Origin: an uncultured bacterium
Lineage (GTDB): Bacteria; Armatimonadota; UBA5829; DTJY01
Length of the DNA stretch: 64,000 nucleotides
Assembly: GCA_964466715.1 (NCBI GenBank)
Contig: CAYXOC010000003.1
Coordinates: 11,106 to 75,105 of the forward strand
Direction of reading: 5' to 3'
Shown piece by piece: positions 25,678-34,984 of the stretch. Numbering within the stretch: position 1 is the stretch's first letter; each line of letters starts with the position of its first letter. The notes beneath the pieces were generated by a model that saw only the letters and a list, made by a program, of their open reading frames with translations, was not told the origin of the DNA and did no database searches. The translations under genes and the position numbers were made by a program.

Positions 25678-25752
25678 ATTGTAGGAGCGGCTTCCCAGCC
25701 GCGAATTCGTGGCGTTACGTGGGCGTTCGCGGCGGGGAGGCCGCTCCTGCGG
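25678..25752. repeat. REP-like palindromic element (decayed copy)
   Basis: The left arm ATTGTAGGAGCGGCTTCCCAGCCGCGAAT is nearly identical to 14162-14190. The right arm GTTCGCGGCGGGGAGGCCGCTCCTGCGG carries several mismatches. It lies 9 nt after a gene stop. Confidence 0.85.
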
Positions 25753-25760
25753 TATGACGG

Positions 25761-25790
25761 TTGACAGGTCGGCAAGCGGTGTGCTACGAT
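25761..25790 (+). promoter_or_regulatory. candidate sigma70-type promoter of the nikR operon
   Basis: TTGACA (25761-25766), 18 nt, TACGAT (25785-25790). The direct 9-mers GTGCTACGA (25781-25789) and GTGTTACGA (25801-25809) overlap the -10 and the leader. Confidence 0.55.
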
Positions 25791-25811
25791 TTGCAGGAAG
25801 GTGTTACGACA

Positions 25812-26228
25812 ATGGCTGATCTGGTGCGTTTCGGGGTCTCGATACCGGCGGAACTAATGAACTCGTTCGACGAGAGCATTCGCGGCAAAGGTTACCGCAC
25901 TCGCTCGGAGGCGATCCGCGACATCATGCGCGACTATCTCGTCGAGCGCGAGTGGGAGCACGGGCGTGAGGTCGTCGGGACGGTGACGATCGTATACGAC
26001 CACGAGGTCCGGGAGCTGTCGAACACTCTGACCGGGCTCCAGCACGAGTTCCACGACGCGATCGTCTGCGCGACCCATATCCATCTGGACGAGCACAACT
26101 GCCTGGAAGTGATCGTCGTGAAGGGATCGAGTCGCCAGGTGCGCGCGATTGCCGACCGCCTGATCAGCACCCGTGGAGTCAAGCACGGCAAGCTGGTCTG
26201 CACGACCAGGGGCGAGCACCTCAGGTAA
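25812..26228 (+). CDS. nikR: nickel-responsive transcriptional regulator NikR
   Basis: Internal ATG of ORF 25761..26228. Ribbon-helix-helix N-terminus (VRFGVSIPAELMNSFDESI...YRTRSEAIRDIMRD) and a C-terminal metal-binding domain with HEFHD...HIHLDEHNCLEV. Confidence 0.9.
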   Translation: MADLVRFGVSIPAELMNSFDESIRGKGYRTRSEAIRDIMRDYLVEREWEHGREVVGTVTIVYDHEVRELSNTLTGLQHEFHDAIVCATHIHLDEHNCLEVIVVKGSSRQVRAIADRLISTRGVKHGKLVCTTRGEHLR

Positions 26229-26261
26229 GACCATATTTACTGTGCGGGAGGCAGTGTATCT

Positions 26262-26924
26262 ATGTTTCGGACATCGCGGCGCATATGGACTGCCGCAGGG
26301 CTCATCTGCGCGCTGACGGTGATCGGAGGCGCGTGTTATGCCGGTTTCACCGGTTTGATCGTGATACCTACGGCGGAGACTGTGCCCTACGGGGAATACG
26401 ACATCGAGCCTCAGATCGACGGCACGCTGAGCGGGCTGGACCCCGACACCTACGTCATCAACACGCAGTTCGGCGTGACGCGGCGGCTGGCGGTCGGGAT
26501 CGACTTCCAGGGCGGCGAGGAAGATGATACCAGGGCGTTGGTGAACTTCCAATATCTGCTCGTACCGGGGACGGACCGGAGGCCCGCGGTGGCGGTAGGA
26601 ATCCACAGTCTCGGAGCGGGCCCGGAGCACGGCCGCTATCTGGTGGCGACGCAGGACTTCGGGAGCTTCCGGGCTCACACGGGCATCGAGCGGATAGACG
26701 ACGAGGATCGCTGGTTTATCGGCGCGGACGGACCGATCAGCGACCGAGTCACCCTGATGGCCGACTACACGGAGGGCAGGGAGAACTACTCGTCGGTCGG
26801 CGTCTTCTATCAGCAGAACGATCGATTCGGCATACAAGGCGGCGTTCTGTTCCCGAATGACAGCCGAGGGGACACCAGATACAGCCTCTTCTTCGTCTTT
26901 ACCGGTCCGTTCACCAAAGGGTAA
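26262..26924 (+). CDS. exported hypothetical protein (beta-rich, possibly outer-membrane)
   Basis: Signal/anchor sequence MFRTSRRIWTAAGLICALTVIGGACYA. Alternating Gly/aromatic-rich segments and an aromatic-rich C-terminus. Sits between nikR and nikM. Family not recognised. Confidence 0.55.
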   Translation: MFRTSRRIWTAAGLICALTVIGGACYAGFTGLIVIPTAETVPYGEYDIEPQIDGTLSGLDPDTYVINTQFGVTRRLAVGIDFQGGEEDDTRALVNFQYLLVPGTDRRPAVAVGIHSLGAGPEHGRYLVATQDFGSFRAHTGIERIDDEDRWFIGADGPISDRVTLMADYTEGRENYSSVGVFYQQNDRFGIQGGVLFPNDSRGDTRYSLFFVFTGPFTKG

Positions 26925-26926
26925 TC

Positions 26927-27628
26927 ATGCACATCCCTGACGGATACCTCGGCCCTCAGACCTACGGGGCGGCGTACGTAGTGGCGGCGCCGTTCTGGGC
27001 GGCGGCGTCGCGCATCGTCGGACGGACGCTCCACAGCAGGCAGGCGCCGACTCTGGCGCTCGGGGCGGCATTCAGCTTCGTGATCATGATGTTCAACGTT
27101 CCGATCCCCGGCGGCTCGACCGGTCACGCGGTCGGCGGAGTGCTGATCGCGGTGCTGCTCGGTCCGTGGGCGGCATGCCTGGCGGTCTCGGTCGCGTTGA
27201 TCGTGCAGGCGGTGATGTTCGGCGACGGCGGGATCACGGCTATCGGTGCAAACTGCCTGAACATGGCGGTGGTGATGCCGTTCACAGGATATGGGGTCTA
27301 CCGCCTGATCGCGGGCCGGTCCGAGACGACATCGAGGCGCAGGTGGATCGGAGCGGCGGTCGGCGGATACATCGGCCTGAACGCGGCGGCGATCACCACG
27401 GCGGTCATGTTCGGCATCCAGCCGTTGATCGCGCACAACGCGGCCGGGCGGGCGCTCTATGCCCCCTACCCGCTCAAGGTCGCGGTCCCGGTCATGGCGG
27501 CCGAACACCTACTGTTCTTCGGGATCGTCGAGGCGGTGGTCACGGGCCTCGTGGTGGCATACCTGCAGAGAGCGGACACCTCCATGCTGGAGCAGATTCG
27601 TCCGCGGAAGAGGACGGCTGAGGCATGA
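26927..27628 (+). CDS. nikM: ECF transporter substrate-capture component CbiM/NikM
   Basis: The N-terminal MHIPDGYL motif is diagnostic of CbiM/NikM. Multiple TM helices. Confidence 0.9.
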   Translation: MHIPDGYLGPQTYGAAYVVAAPFWAAASRIVGRTLHSRQAPTLALGAAFSFVIMMFNVPIPGGSTGHAVGGVLIAVLLGPWAACLAVSVALIVQAVMFGDGGITAIGANCLNMAVVMPFTGYGVYRLIAGRSETTSRRRWIGAAVGGYIGLNAAAITTAVMFGIQPLIAHNAAGRALYAPYPLKVAVPVMAAEHLLFFGIVEAVVTGLVVAYLQRADTSMLEQIRPRKRTAEA

Positions 27629-27963
27629 GGAAGCTCTGGATCGGCCTGGCAATTCTGATAATATTGACACCGCTCGGACTGATCATCCCCGCGAGATTCG
27701 GCGCCGGATCGGCCTGGGGTGAATGGAGCGCCGAGGAACTCGACAAGATGGTCGGCTACGTGCCCGGCGGGATGAGCAGCATCGCCGAGATCTGGCGCGC
27801 TCCGATGCCCGACTACGCGCTCAGGGGCCAGGAGGACGCTCCGCTCCATACGCTGAGCTTCTCCTATGTGCTGTCCGGACTGATCGGCGTGGCCGTGGTG
27901 GTCGCGCTGACCATCATTCTCGGCAGACTGCTTACCCGCCGCGGGAACGAAGATGCGGCGTAG
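27625..27963 (+). CDS. CbiN/NikN-like PDGLE-type small membrane component
   Basis: ATGA overlap with nikM. N- and C-terminal TM helices flank the GSAWGEWS motif seen in PDGLE-domain partners of CbiM. Confidence 0.7.
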   Translation: MRKLWIGLAILIILTPLGLIIPARFGAGSAWGEWSAEELDKMVGYVPGGMSSIAEIWRAPMPDYALRGQEDAPLHTLSFSYVLSGLIGVAVVVALTIILGRLLTRRGNEDAA

Positions 27964-28804
27964 ACGACGCAATGCCGTCAGGCGCGCGCTCGCAGGCCTC
28001 GGCGAGGCCCTGGCACGGGAGATGGCGGGAGAGGTCCGATCGGACTCCCGGCTGTCGCGGATCGAGCCGAGGGCCAAGGTTGCGGGATTCATCATCCTCA
28101 TCGTGGGAACGACCCTGATCCACGGGCTGATACCCCTCACCGCTCTGCTCATGTGCGTCACTGCGGCGGTATTGGCAAGCGGCATCAACCCCGGAAGGCT
28201 CGGACGGATGTGGCTCGGCGTCCCGCTCTTCACCCTGGCAATCGCTCTACCATCGGTGCTCAACGTGATCACCCCCGGAGCCCCGGTGATCACACTCACA
28301 GACCGCATCGGCCCCTGGACGCCGTCGGAGCCGATCAGCGTCACGTCGGACGGACTGGTTGTCACGGCGCGGTTCCTGCTCCGATCGACCGTGTGCATCA
28401 CTCTCGCGTTCCTGCTCACATCGACGACGGACCGGGCGGCGCTCCTGAACGGCATGCGGCGGCTCGGGATGCCGAAAGCGTTCGGGATGGTACTGGCGAT
28501 GATGCAGAGGTATCTCTCGGTGCTGCTTCGGGCAGCCGAGGAGATCCACCTGGCTAAGTTGAGCCGCACGATCTCCGAGCAGTCGGTCCGGCACGAGCAG
28601 AGGTGGGTCGCGGCAGGGATCGGGAGCCTGTTCCGCCGGACGCACCGGCTCGCCCGGGAGACGCACAATGCGATGGTCGCGCGCGGGTATGACGGCGACC
28701 TCCGGATCGGCCGAGTCCCGAGCCTCCGCGCGGCGGACGCGGCATGGTTGGCGGGGATAGTGGTGGTGACGGCGTTGTTCATCCTGATGGACGCGAGACT
28801 GTAG
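27953..28804 (+). CDS. cbiQ: ECF transporter transmembrane (T) component CbiQ/NikQ
   Basis: Overlaps the previous gene by 11 nt. Polytopic membrane protein with an Arg-rich cytoplasmic region (AMMQRYLSVLLRAAEEI, ARGY) typical of CbiQ/EcfT. Confidence 0.85.
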   Translation: MRRRRRNAVRRALAGLGEALAREMAGEVRSDSRLSRIEPRAKVAGFIILIVGTTLIHGLIPLTALLMCVTAAVLASGINPGRLGRMWLGVPLFTLAIALPSVLNVITPGAPVITLTDRIGPWTPSEPISVTSDGLVVTARFLLRSTVCITLAFLLTSTTDRAALLNGMRRLGMPKAFGMVLAMMQRYLSVLLRAAEEIHLAKLSRTISEQSVRHEQRWVAAGIGSLFRRTHRLARETHNAMVARGYDGDLRIGRVPSLRAADAAWLAGIVVVTALFILMDARL

Positions 28805-28858
28805 GCGGCAGGAGCGATACTCCCCCTCTCATGGAGGGTGAGCAATTGAGGAACGACT

Positions 28859-29680
28859 TTGAGCAATACGATCTACACCTTGAGCAACATCAGCTACGCG
28901 TACCCCCGCGGGGCGACGGTGCTCGACGACATCAGCTTCGACGTCCGGGAGGACGAGAGAGTCGCCATCCTCGGGGCGAATGCGAGCGGGAAATCCACCC
29001 TGCTCCACCTGCTCGACGGCCTCTACTTCCCGTCCGCCGGGCGGATCGAGGCGTTCGGCGTCGAGCTCACCGAGGAGAGCGTAGAGACTCCGCCGTTCTC
29101 GCGTGAGTTCCGACGAAAGGTCGGTTTCCTCTTCCAGAACTCGGATGCGCAGTTGTTCTGCTCCTCGGTGGAAGAGGAACTGCAGTTCGGGCCGCTCCAA
29201 CTGAGGCTCCCGGCAGAGGAGGTCGAGCGGCGGGTCGAGGAGACTTTGCGGCTGTTCGGCATCGAGCACCTGCGGAAGCGATCCCCTCAGTCGCTCAGCG
29301 GCGGCGAGAAGAAGAAGGTCGCGCTGGCCGGGCTCGTCACCTGCGGCCCGGAGGTGATCCTGCTCGATGAGCCGAGCGCGGGGCTCGACCCGCGGACCCA
29401 GCAGTGGTTGGTCGAGTTCCTGGAGGCGCTGCGCCGGACCGGGATGACGCTGGTCACCTGCACGCACGATCTGAGCTTCGCGGCCGACACGGCGGACCGG
29501 GCGCTGATCCTGTCGGAGGACCACAGGCTCGTATACGACGGCCCGTTGATGGAGGCGCTGGAGAACCTCGATCTGCTGCTTTCCGTCAACCTGGTTCATG
29601 CCCACGCGCATCGGCACGGCAGCGATGTGCACGTCCATCCTCACCTCCACGAACTGGCGCACGATCATCGACACGAGTAG
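28859..29680 (+). CDS. cbiO: ECF transporter ATPase CbiO/NikO with a His-rich C-terminal tail
   Basis: TTG start 6 nt after GAGGAA. Walker A GANASGKST, signature LSGGEKKKV, Walker B ILLDEP. The tail reads VHAHAHRHGSDVHVHPHLHELAHDHRHE. Confidence 0.9.
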   Translation: MSNTIYTLSNISYAYPRGATVLDDISFDVREDERVAILGANASGKSTLLHLLDGLYFPSAGRIEAFGVELTEESVETPPFSREFRRKVGFLFQNSDAQLFCSSVEEELQFGPLQLRLPAEEVERRVEETLRLFGIEHLRKRSPQSLSGGEKKKVALAGLVTCGPEVILLDEPSAGLDPRTQQWLVEFLEALRRTGMTLVTCTHDLSFAADTADRALILSEDHRLVYDGPLMEALENLDLLLSVNLVHAHAHRHGSDVHVHPHLHELAHDHRHE

Positions 29681-29766
29681 CCGTCAGTCGCCGATTGTCA
29701 GCCATCGGTCAAGGCCGGCAGCGGCTTTCGATCCGGACCGACCTCTGACAACCGGGAGCCGATGAC

Positions 29767-29795
29767 TGGAATCCGCGCCGCTCCCGATGTATAAT
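29767..29795 (+). promoter_or_regulatory. candidate promoter of the lyase gene (good -10, weak -35)
   Basis: TATAAT at 29790-29795 and TGGAAT at 29767-29772 with a 17-nt spacer. GGAG lies 8 nt before the ATG at 29829. Confidence 0.4.
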
Positions 29796-29828
29796 CGAGC
29801 CGGCATATTACTTCACGGAGTGTGACCC

Positions 29829-32471
29829 ATGAGACTGCTGGCGATCTGCATCCTCCTTATCGTATTGGCATCCCGCGCTCTGCCCGGCCAGCCGAGCCTG
29901 TCGGACCTGTCCGATGTCTCCGGCTGGGAGGGACTGACATCCGACCCGGGCATCACCTTCAACGGCATGCCCGCGCCGAAGTGGGAGCACGCGAAGAGCG
30001 GACACATTCGCACCGACCGCATCCCCCACGACTGGGTGCGCTTCAACTGCATCGAGTTCGCGCTCCACTCCAACACGGCGACCGGGAAGGACATCATGCT
30101 GGTACTCGCATCCGACACGCCGAAGTCGCCGGAAGCGGACTACTTCTCCAAGGCCATCAAGGTCGACTGGACCGGATGGAAGTCGTTCACCATCCCCTAC
30201 ACCGAGTTCTCTATCGTCCGCTGCCCGGTCGGCTTCAGCGAGATCCAGTCGATCATGTTCACGACGGACGGCTGGGGGCTCACGCCGGATCCATCGGTCG
30301 TGATGCGCATCGCCGACCTGAAGCTCGGGCACGTGCCGAGCCCTGCCATCAGCGACGCCGAGCTGTTCGAGATGCTCGACCTCAACCGGCCGGGCCTTGA
30401 GAAGGTCAAGGCGGCGGTGTCGGCGGGGAACATGAAGGCCTCGAAGCACGAGTTCGCGGAGTACCTGCGCAACCGGCAGACCCCGGTGTGGAAGTGGGAC
30501 TGGCGCAATGAGCCGAAGCGCGCGGATGATCCTTCGAAGGTCGATACCTCCGCCGCCGAGAAGGTCATGGCGCACGAACTCTGGAGTTGCAGCCACTACC
30601 AGAAGTACGAGGGCGAGATAGACTGGACGCTCAACCCAATCAACTACCGCGAATGGCCCTGGCAGCTATCCAGGCATCGAGATTGGGTCATCCTCGCAAA
30701 CGCCTACCGTGCAACCGGCGATGAGAAGTACGCCCGGGAGTTCGTCTTCCAGCTCATGGACTGGCTGCGCAAGTGCCCGGTACCCGTGAACTGCAGCGGC
30801 AACCAGTCGTACACATGGCGCACGATCGAGGCGGGCATTCGGTCCGGGCAGTCGTGGATGGAGGTCTTCCACAAGTTCCTGCCGTCACCGTCGTTCACCG
30901 ATGAGGCGATCGTGGCGATGGTAAAGTCGTTCGCCGAGCACGCGCGGCATCTGGCGAAGTATCCCACGACCGGCAACTGGCTGGCGATGGAGATGAACGG
31001 CATGATGCACGTGGGTGTCATGTTCCCCGAGTTCAAGGAGTCGCCGGAGTGGCGCAGGATGGCGATCGCCCAGATATACGAGGAACTGGACAAGCAGGTC
31101 TACCCGGACGGCGCGCAGATCGAGCTTGCGACGGGCTACCATCAGGTAAGCCTGGGGAACTTCGTCTCGCTATGGGACATCGCCCATCGGAACAACATCC
31201 CCGCCCCGGCCGACTTCATGGCGAAGATCCAGAAGATGTACGATTACAACCTCTATGCCTCGATGCCCGGAGGCACGCTGCCCGGCCTCAATGATGCCGG
31301 ACGCACGAACGTCAAGGGCTCGCTCAAGCAGGCGCTGACGTACTATCCGGACCGCAAGGACTTCGAGTGGGTCGCTACCGGAGGAGCGAGTGGCGAGAAG
31401 CCGTCGGTCGGCTCGATCGCGCTCCCGTTCTCGGGGCAGCTCGTGATGCGGTCGGGCTGGGAGGAGGACGACCTCTACCTGCTCCTCGACGCCGGTCCGT
31501 TCGGATACGGCCACCAACACGAGGACGCGCTCTCGTTCGTGATCTACTCTCACGGTAGATACCACCTCGTGGACGCCGGCAATTACCCCTACGACAGCTC
31601 CGAGTGGCGCAAATACGTGCTCTCGACCCGGGGACACAACACCATCATGGTCGATGGACAGGACCAGCATCGGCGGGACAAGAAGGACAGGGCGGACTAC
31701 GTCATCTCGAAGCCGCTGCCGAACAGGTGGGTCGCCGGTGAGGGCTTCGACTACGCGTCGGGCGTCTACGACGAGGGGTACGGGCCGAACGACGAGATCA
31801 AGGTCGCGCACGCCAGGCATATATTCTTCGTGAAGCCGGAGTACTGGATCGTCACCGACTTCCTGACGCCGAAGGACGGCAAGCCTCACCGCTACGACAG
31901 CATATTCCACCTCGACTCGTCCGGTGTCAAGATCGATGACGCGGCCAGGTCGGTAGTCACGCAGAACGAGGACTCGAACCTGGCGATCATCCCGCTGGCG
32001 GATGACGGTCTCAGCCTGCAGGTCATCTCCGGGCAGGAGAAGCCGATCGTGCAGGGATGGATGCCCGCGGGCGGGTACGATGTCCGGCCGATCCCGACTC
32101 CGACGTTCAGTGTCGAGTCCGCCGGGCCGGTGAGCCTCGCCTACGTGTTCTACCCGATCGCCGCCGGGAAGGAGTGCCCGGTTGTGAAGGTGGAGAAGCT
32201 CGCGGTCGAAGGCGCGGGCAAGGACCGGGTCGTCGGCCTGATGATCCGTTTCGCGGACGGCAGGACCGACTACTTCGTCCAGGCAGAGAAGCCCGGGAAG
32301 AAGCTGCGGTTCCTGGATTTCGAGACGGACGCCCAGTCGGCATATGTCCGCGGCGGGGCAAAGGCGCTGCTGGCGGGCGGATCGAAGATCACCCGGGGCG
32401 GCAAGCCGGTCGAGGCGGAGATCAGAGGGATCGAGGACCTGTCGAAGACGGACGTGCGGCACAGGTTCTAG
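29829..32471 (+). CDS. secreted heparinase II/III-family polysaccharide lyase with an N-terminal CBM-like domain
   Basis: Signal peptide, then an alpha/alpha-toroid region (REWPWQLSRHRDWVILANAYRATGDEKYAREF) and a heparinase II/III beta-sandwich motif (GYGHQHEDALSFVIYSHGRYHLVDAG). Confidence 0.8.
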   Translation: MRLLAICILLIVLASRALPGQPSLSDLSDVSGWEGLTSDPGITFNGMPAPKWEHAKSGHIRTDRIPHDWVRFNCIEFALHSNTATGKDIMLVLASDTPKSPEADYFSKAIKVDWTGWKSFTIPYTEFSIVRCPVGFSEIQSIMFTTDGWGLTPDPSVVMRIADLKLGHVPSPAISDAELFEMLDLNRPGLEKVKAAVSAGNMKASKHEFAEYLRNRQTPVWKWDWRNEPKRADDPSKVDTSAAEKVMAHELWSCSHYQKYEGEIDWTLNPINYREWPWQLSRHRDWVILANAYRATGDEKYAREFVFQLMDWLRKCPVPVNCSGNQSYTWRTIEAGIRSGQSWMEVFHKFLPSPSFTDEAIVAMVKSFAEHARHLAKYPTTGNWLAMEMNGMMHVGVMFPEFKESPEWRRMAIAQIYEELDKQVYPDGAQIELATGYHQVSLGNFVSLWDIAHRNNIPAPADFMAKIQKMYDYNLYASMPGGTLPGLNDAGRTNVKGSLKQALTYYPDRKDFEWVATGGASGEKPSVGSIALPFSGQLVMRSGWEEDDLYLLLDAGPFGYGHQHEDALSFVIYSHGRYHLVDAGNYPYDSSEWRKYVLSTRGHNTIMVDGQDQHRRDKKDRADYVISKPLPNRWVAGEGFDYASGVYDEGYGPNDEIKVAHARHIFFVKPEYWIVTDFLTPKDGKPHRYDSIFHLDSSGVKIDDAARSVVTQNEDSNLAIIPLADDGLSLQVISGQEKPIVQGWMPAGGYDVRPIPTPTFSVESAGPVSLAYVFYPIAAGKECPVVKVEKLAVEGAGKDRVVGLMIRFADGRTDYFVQAEKPGKKLRFLDFETDAQSAYVRGGAKALLAGGSKITRGGKPVEAEIRGIEDLSKTDVRHRF

Positions 32472-32488
32472 TGCGCTGTGGAATGTTC

Positions 32489-32524
32489 AGGGGAGTGGGC
32501 GTCTCCCAATCCACCCACTCCCCT
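32489..32524. terminator. stem-loop between convergent genes (bidirectional terminator candidate)
   Basis: AGGGGAGTGGG / CCCACTCCCCT, a perfect 11-bp stem with a 14-nt loop, between the lyase stop (32471) and the sugar transferase stop (32569). Confidence 0.55.
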
Positions 32525-32568
32525 GTCCTGCCTACCATGCTCTGAGTCACTTGCTTCGCGTGGGTCTG

Positions 32569-33234
32569 TCAGTATGCTCCGCGGCCTGTGATGACCGCGG
32601 GAACCGTCCGGGCCAGAATGCCCAGATCGAGCGGCAGCGAGCGGTTGTTGACGTAGTACACGTTCAGCCGCACGCGCTCGTCGTAGTCGAGGTCGCTCCG
32701 TCCGCTCACCTGCCAGAGGCCGGTGATGCCGGGACGGACCTCCAGTATGAGATCCTGCCACTCGCCGAACTTCACCAATTCCGGAAATGAGATCATCCTG
32801 GGACCGACCAGGCTCATCTCGCCTTTCAGAACGTTGATGAGCTGCGGCAGTTCGTCGATGCTGGTCTTGCGAAGTATCTTGCCGATCCTGGTTATCCTCG
32901 GATCGTCCTTGAGCTTGTGGTAGTTCTTGAACTCCTCCAGCAGGCGGCTGTTCTGCTCAAGTTTCGGATCGCCGTCCTCCAGCATCGTGCGCAGCTTGTA
33001 CGCATCGAAAGGCTTGCCGTTTCTGCCGACGACACGCCGCCTGTAGAGCGCCGGCCCTCGGCTGTCAAGCTTGATCGCCAGTGCGATCGATATGATCAGC
33101 GGGGAGAGGACCGCCAGCACGATGATCGATATTGCGATGTCCATGGCACGCTTGGCAAGCTCGTATCCCCAACCGGCCTTAGTTACCGGTATGTCTCGTA
33201 TTTCAACTGAACGCCAGTTTTCAACTGCTCCCAC
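32569..33234 (-). CDS. polyprenyl-phosphate sugar-phosphate transferase (bacterial sugar transferase, small PGT)
   Basis: One N-terminal TM helix. Motifs: KLDSRGPALYRRRVVGRNGKPFDAYKLRTM, DELPQLINVLKGEMSLVGPR. Confidence 0.9.
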   Translation of the reverse strand: MGAVENWRSVEIRDIPVTKAGWGYELAKRAMDIAISIIVLAVLSPLIISIALAIKLDSRGPALYRRRVVGRNGKPFDAYKLRTMLEDGDPKLEQNSRLLEEFKNYHKLKDDPRITRIGKILRKTSIDELPQLINVLKGEMSLVGPRMISFPELVKFGEWQDLILEVRPGITGLWQVSGRSDLDYDERVRLNVYYVNNRSLPLDLGILARTVPAVITGRGAY

Positions 33235-33282
33235 AAGTCCAGATCCTCCTCATGCGTTAGCTCGAACTCTTCGGTTCAAGTC

Positions 33283-34620
33283 TCAGGCCGCTATCGGCAC
33301 GCCGGTCTTGCGACCATATACGGCCTCTTCGTGGACCGTCTCCAGCGAGCGCGCGGCAGAGTCCCAACTGTAGCGCGCTCTTACCAACTCGCAGGCGTTC
33401 CTCCCGAGCTGATCCCCGTAGCGGGAATCGCTCAGCAGACCGATCACTCTCTCCGCGAAATCGACCGGATCGCCCGCGCAGATGAGGTGCTGCCCGTCCA
33501 CCGCATCGGGGATGCCCCCACATGCGGTGGATGTACACACCACCGGCCTGGCCATCGCCATAGCCTCGAGCATCTTGTTCTGAATGCCGACACCCACGGT
33601 CATCGGGCAGACCACGACCGCCGCCGGGCCGATGTGCTCGCGCATGTCGGGTACGTAGCCGGTGACGGTGACCGCCGGATCGCTCTCCAACTTACGGATC
33701 GCATCCGGAGGACTGCTGCCCACGATCTTCAGCCTGACATCCGGGCGCTTCGCCCTGATCCGAGGGAAGACGTCCCGATAGAAGCTCAGCGCCGACGAGA
33801 CGTTGGCGAAGTAGCTCATCTTCCCCGAGAAGACGATGGTGTCCGGCTCGATCTGCCGGCCGAGCGGTCGGAAGTGGTCGGTATCTACGCCGTTCTTGAC
33901 CACCGTCACGCTGGGCCTGATCTGCGAACTGAGACGGCCGAGCCTGATATCCTGCAGTTCCTCGGCCAACGACCTCGTGAGCCGTATGACCTCGGGCCGC
34001 AGACGGACATCGTAGTCCTCCCGATCCTTCAGCCGGCAGGTCAGCTCGGCATGGATCAGCGCCTCCAGAGCCCGCTTGTCCTGCTCGGAGGTGATGACGA
34101 CTCTGTCGAACCTCGATGTGACCTGAGGCTCGTACCGGCGCATCTTCAGCAGTTCCTCGAAAGTCAGGAGCCGCTGCATCGGGTTCTGCGGGTTCTGCAG
34201 GTATTGCTCCAGGAGACGGCTGATGCAGTCGACCGAATCGTAGACCTTCGGCATGTCGCCGGCATTGACGGCAAGGTGGGCGCCGCGAATATGCTCGACA
34301 TGTATCAGGTCGAACGGCTTGCTCGCGGCGAGGGCGGTGATGAACCGGCGGACTGACGGATGCTCGGTGAACGCGGCCTGGAGCGGCATGCGGCTGAACA
34401 GACGCCGGCAGCAACTCATCAGCGATCCCAGCTTGCTGAGCGGCATGGTGTGGACTTCCTCGCAGTACTTGCCGATCTCATCCGGACCGACGGCATCGGT
34501 GTCTGCGTGAGACAAGCATACGAGCGTGATCTCGTGTCTCCGGGACAACTGCCTGATGAAGTGGTAGGGACGCACCCGGATGACCGAAGGCACATATGGC
34601 GTTATGAACAGTATGCGCAT
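33283..34620 (-). CDS. GT4-family glycosyltransferase
   Basis: ORF 33283..34854 trimmed to the ATG at 34620, 7 nt after GAGAGGA (MRILFITPYVPS...). C-terminal Glycos_transf_1 features (VVCPMTVGVGIQNKMLEAMAMARPVV). Confidence 0.8.
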   Translation of the reverse strand: MRILFITPYVPSVIRVRPYHFIRQLSRRHEITLVCLSHADTDAVGPDEIGKYCEEVHTMPLSKLGSLMSCCRRLFSRMPLQAAFTEHPSVRRFITALAASKPFDLIHVEHIRGAHLAVNAGDMPKVYDSVDCISRLLEQYLQNPQNPMQRLLTFEELLKMRRYEPQVTSRFDRVVITSEQDKRALEALIHAELTCRLKDREDYDVRLRPEVIRLTRSLAEELQDIRLGRLSSQIRPSVTVVKNGVDTDHFRPLGRQIEPDTIVFSGKMSYFANVSSALSFYRDVFPRIRAKRPDVRLKIVGSSPPDAIRKLESDPAVTVTGYVPDMREHIGPAAVVVCPMTVGVGIQNKMLEAMAMARPVVCTSTACGGIPDAVDGQHLICAGDPVDFAERVIGLLSDSRYGDQLGRNACELVRARYSWDSAARSLETVHEEAVYGRKTGVPIAA

Positions 34621-34984
34621 GCCAACGTCCTCTCGGTGACCCAGTTGCGGCGTATCCGGGCACCATGCGCGAGCTGGGATTGTGACGACCAATGCGTATC
34701 TGCTGAAACAATCGACAGCGTGACAACCCGGACGATCCGGCGACCGTAGGCGGCAGGTTGTCCCAGTTGCCACGCTGCCGAACGTTAGATACCCGATGCT
34801 CGTCACGCCAAAACGTGAACCTTCAAATGATACCTGGGAATTGCTAATCTGCACACCTTGCGTATGGACTGCATGTGTAGAACTGGACGTCCCGCTTGCG
34901 TGGGCTCAGTGGCATGGTGTTCGGAGTGCATGCTAGCGTGCGTTGGTCAGACCGGAGGGATGGTAACGTCGCGCGTCCGCCCGA

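Noticed and set aside
25752-25757. GTATGA, the half-site of the enterobacterial NikR operator (GTATGA-N16-TCATAC), just upstream of the nikR -35.
   Set aside because: There is no TCATAC partner at the required spacing or anywhere in the leader, so a single hexamer is likely chance.
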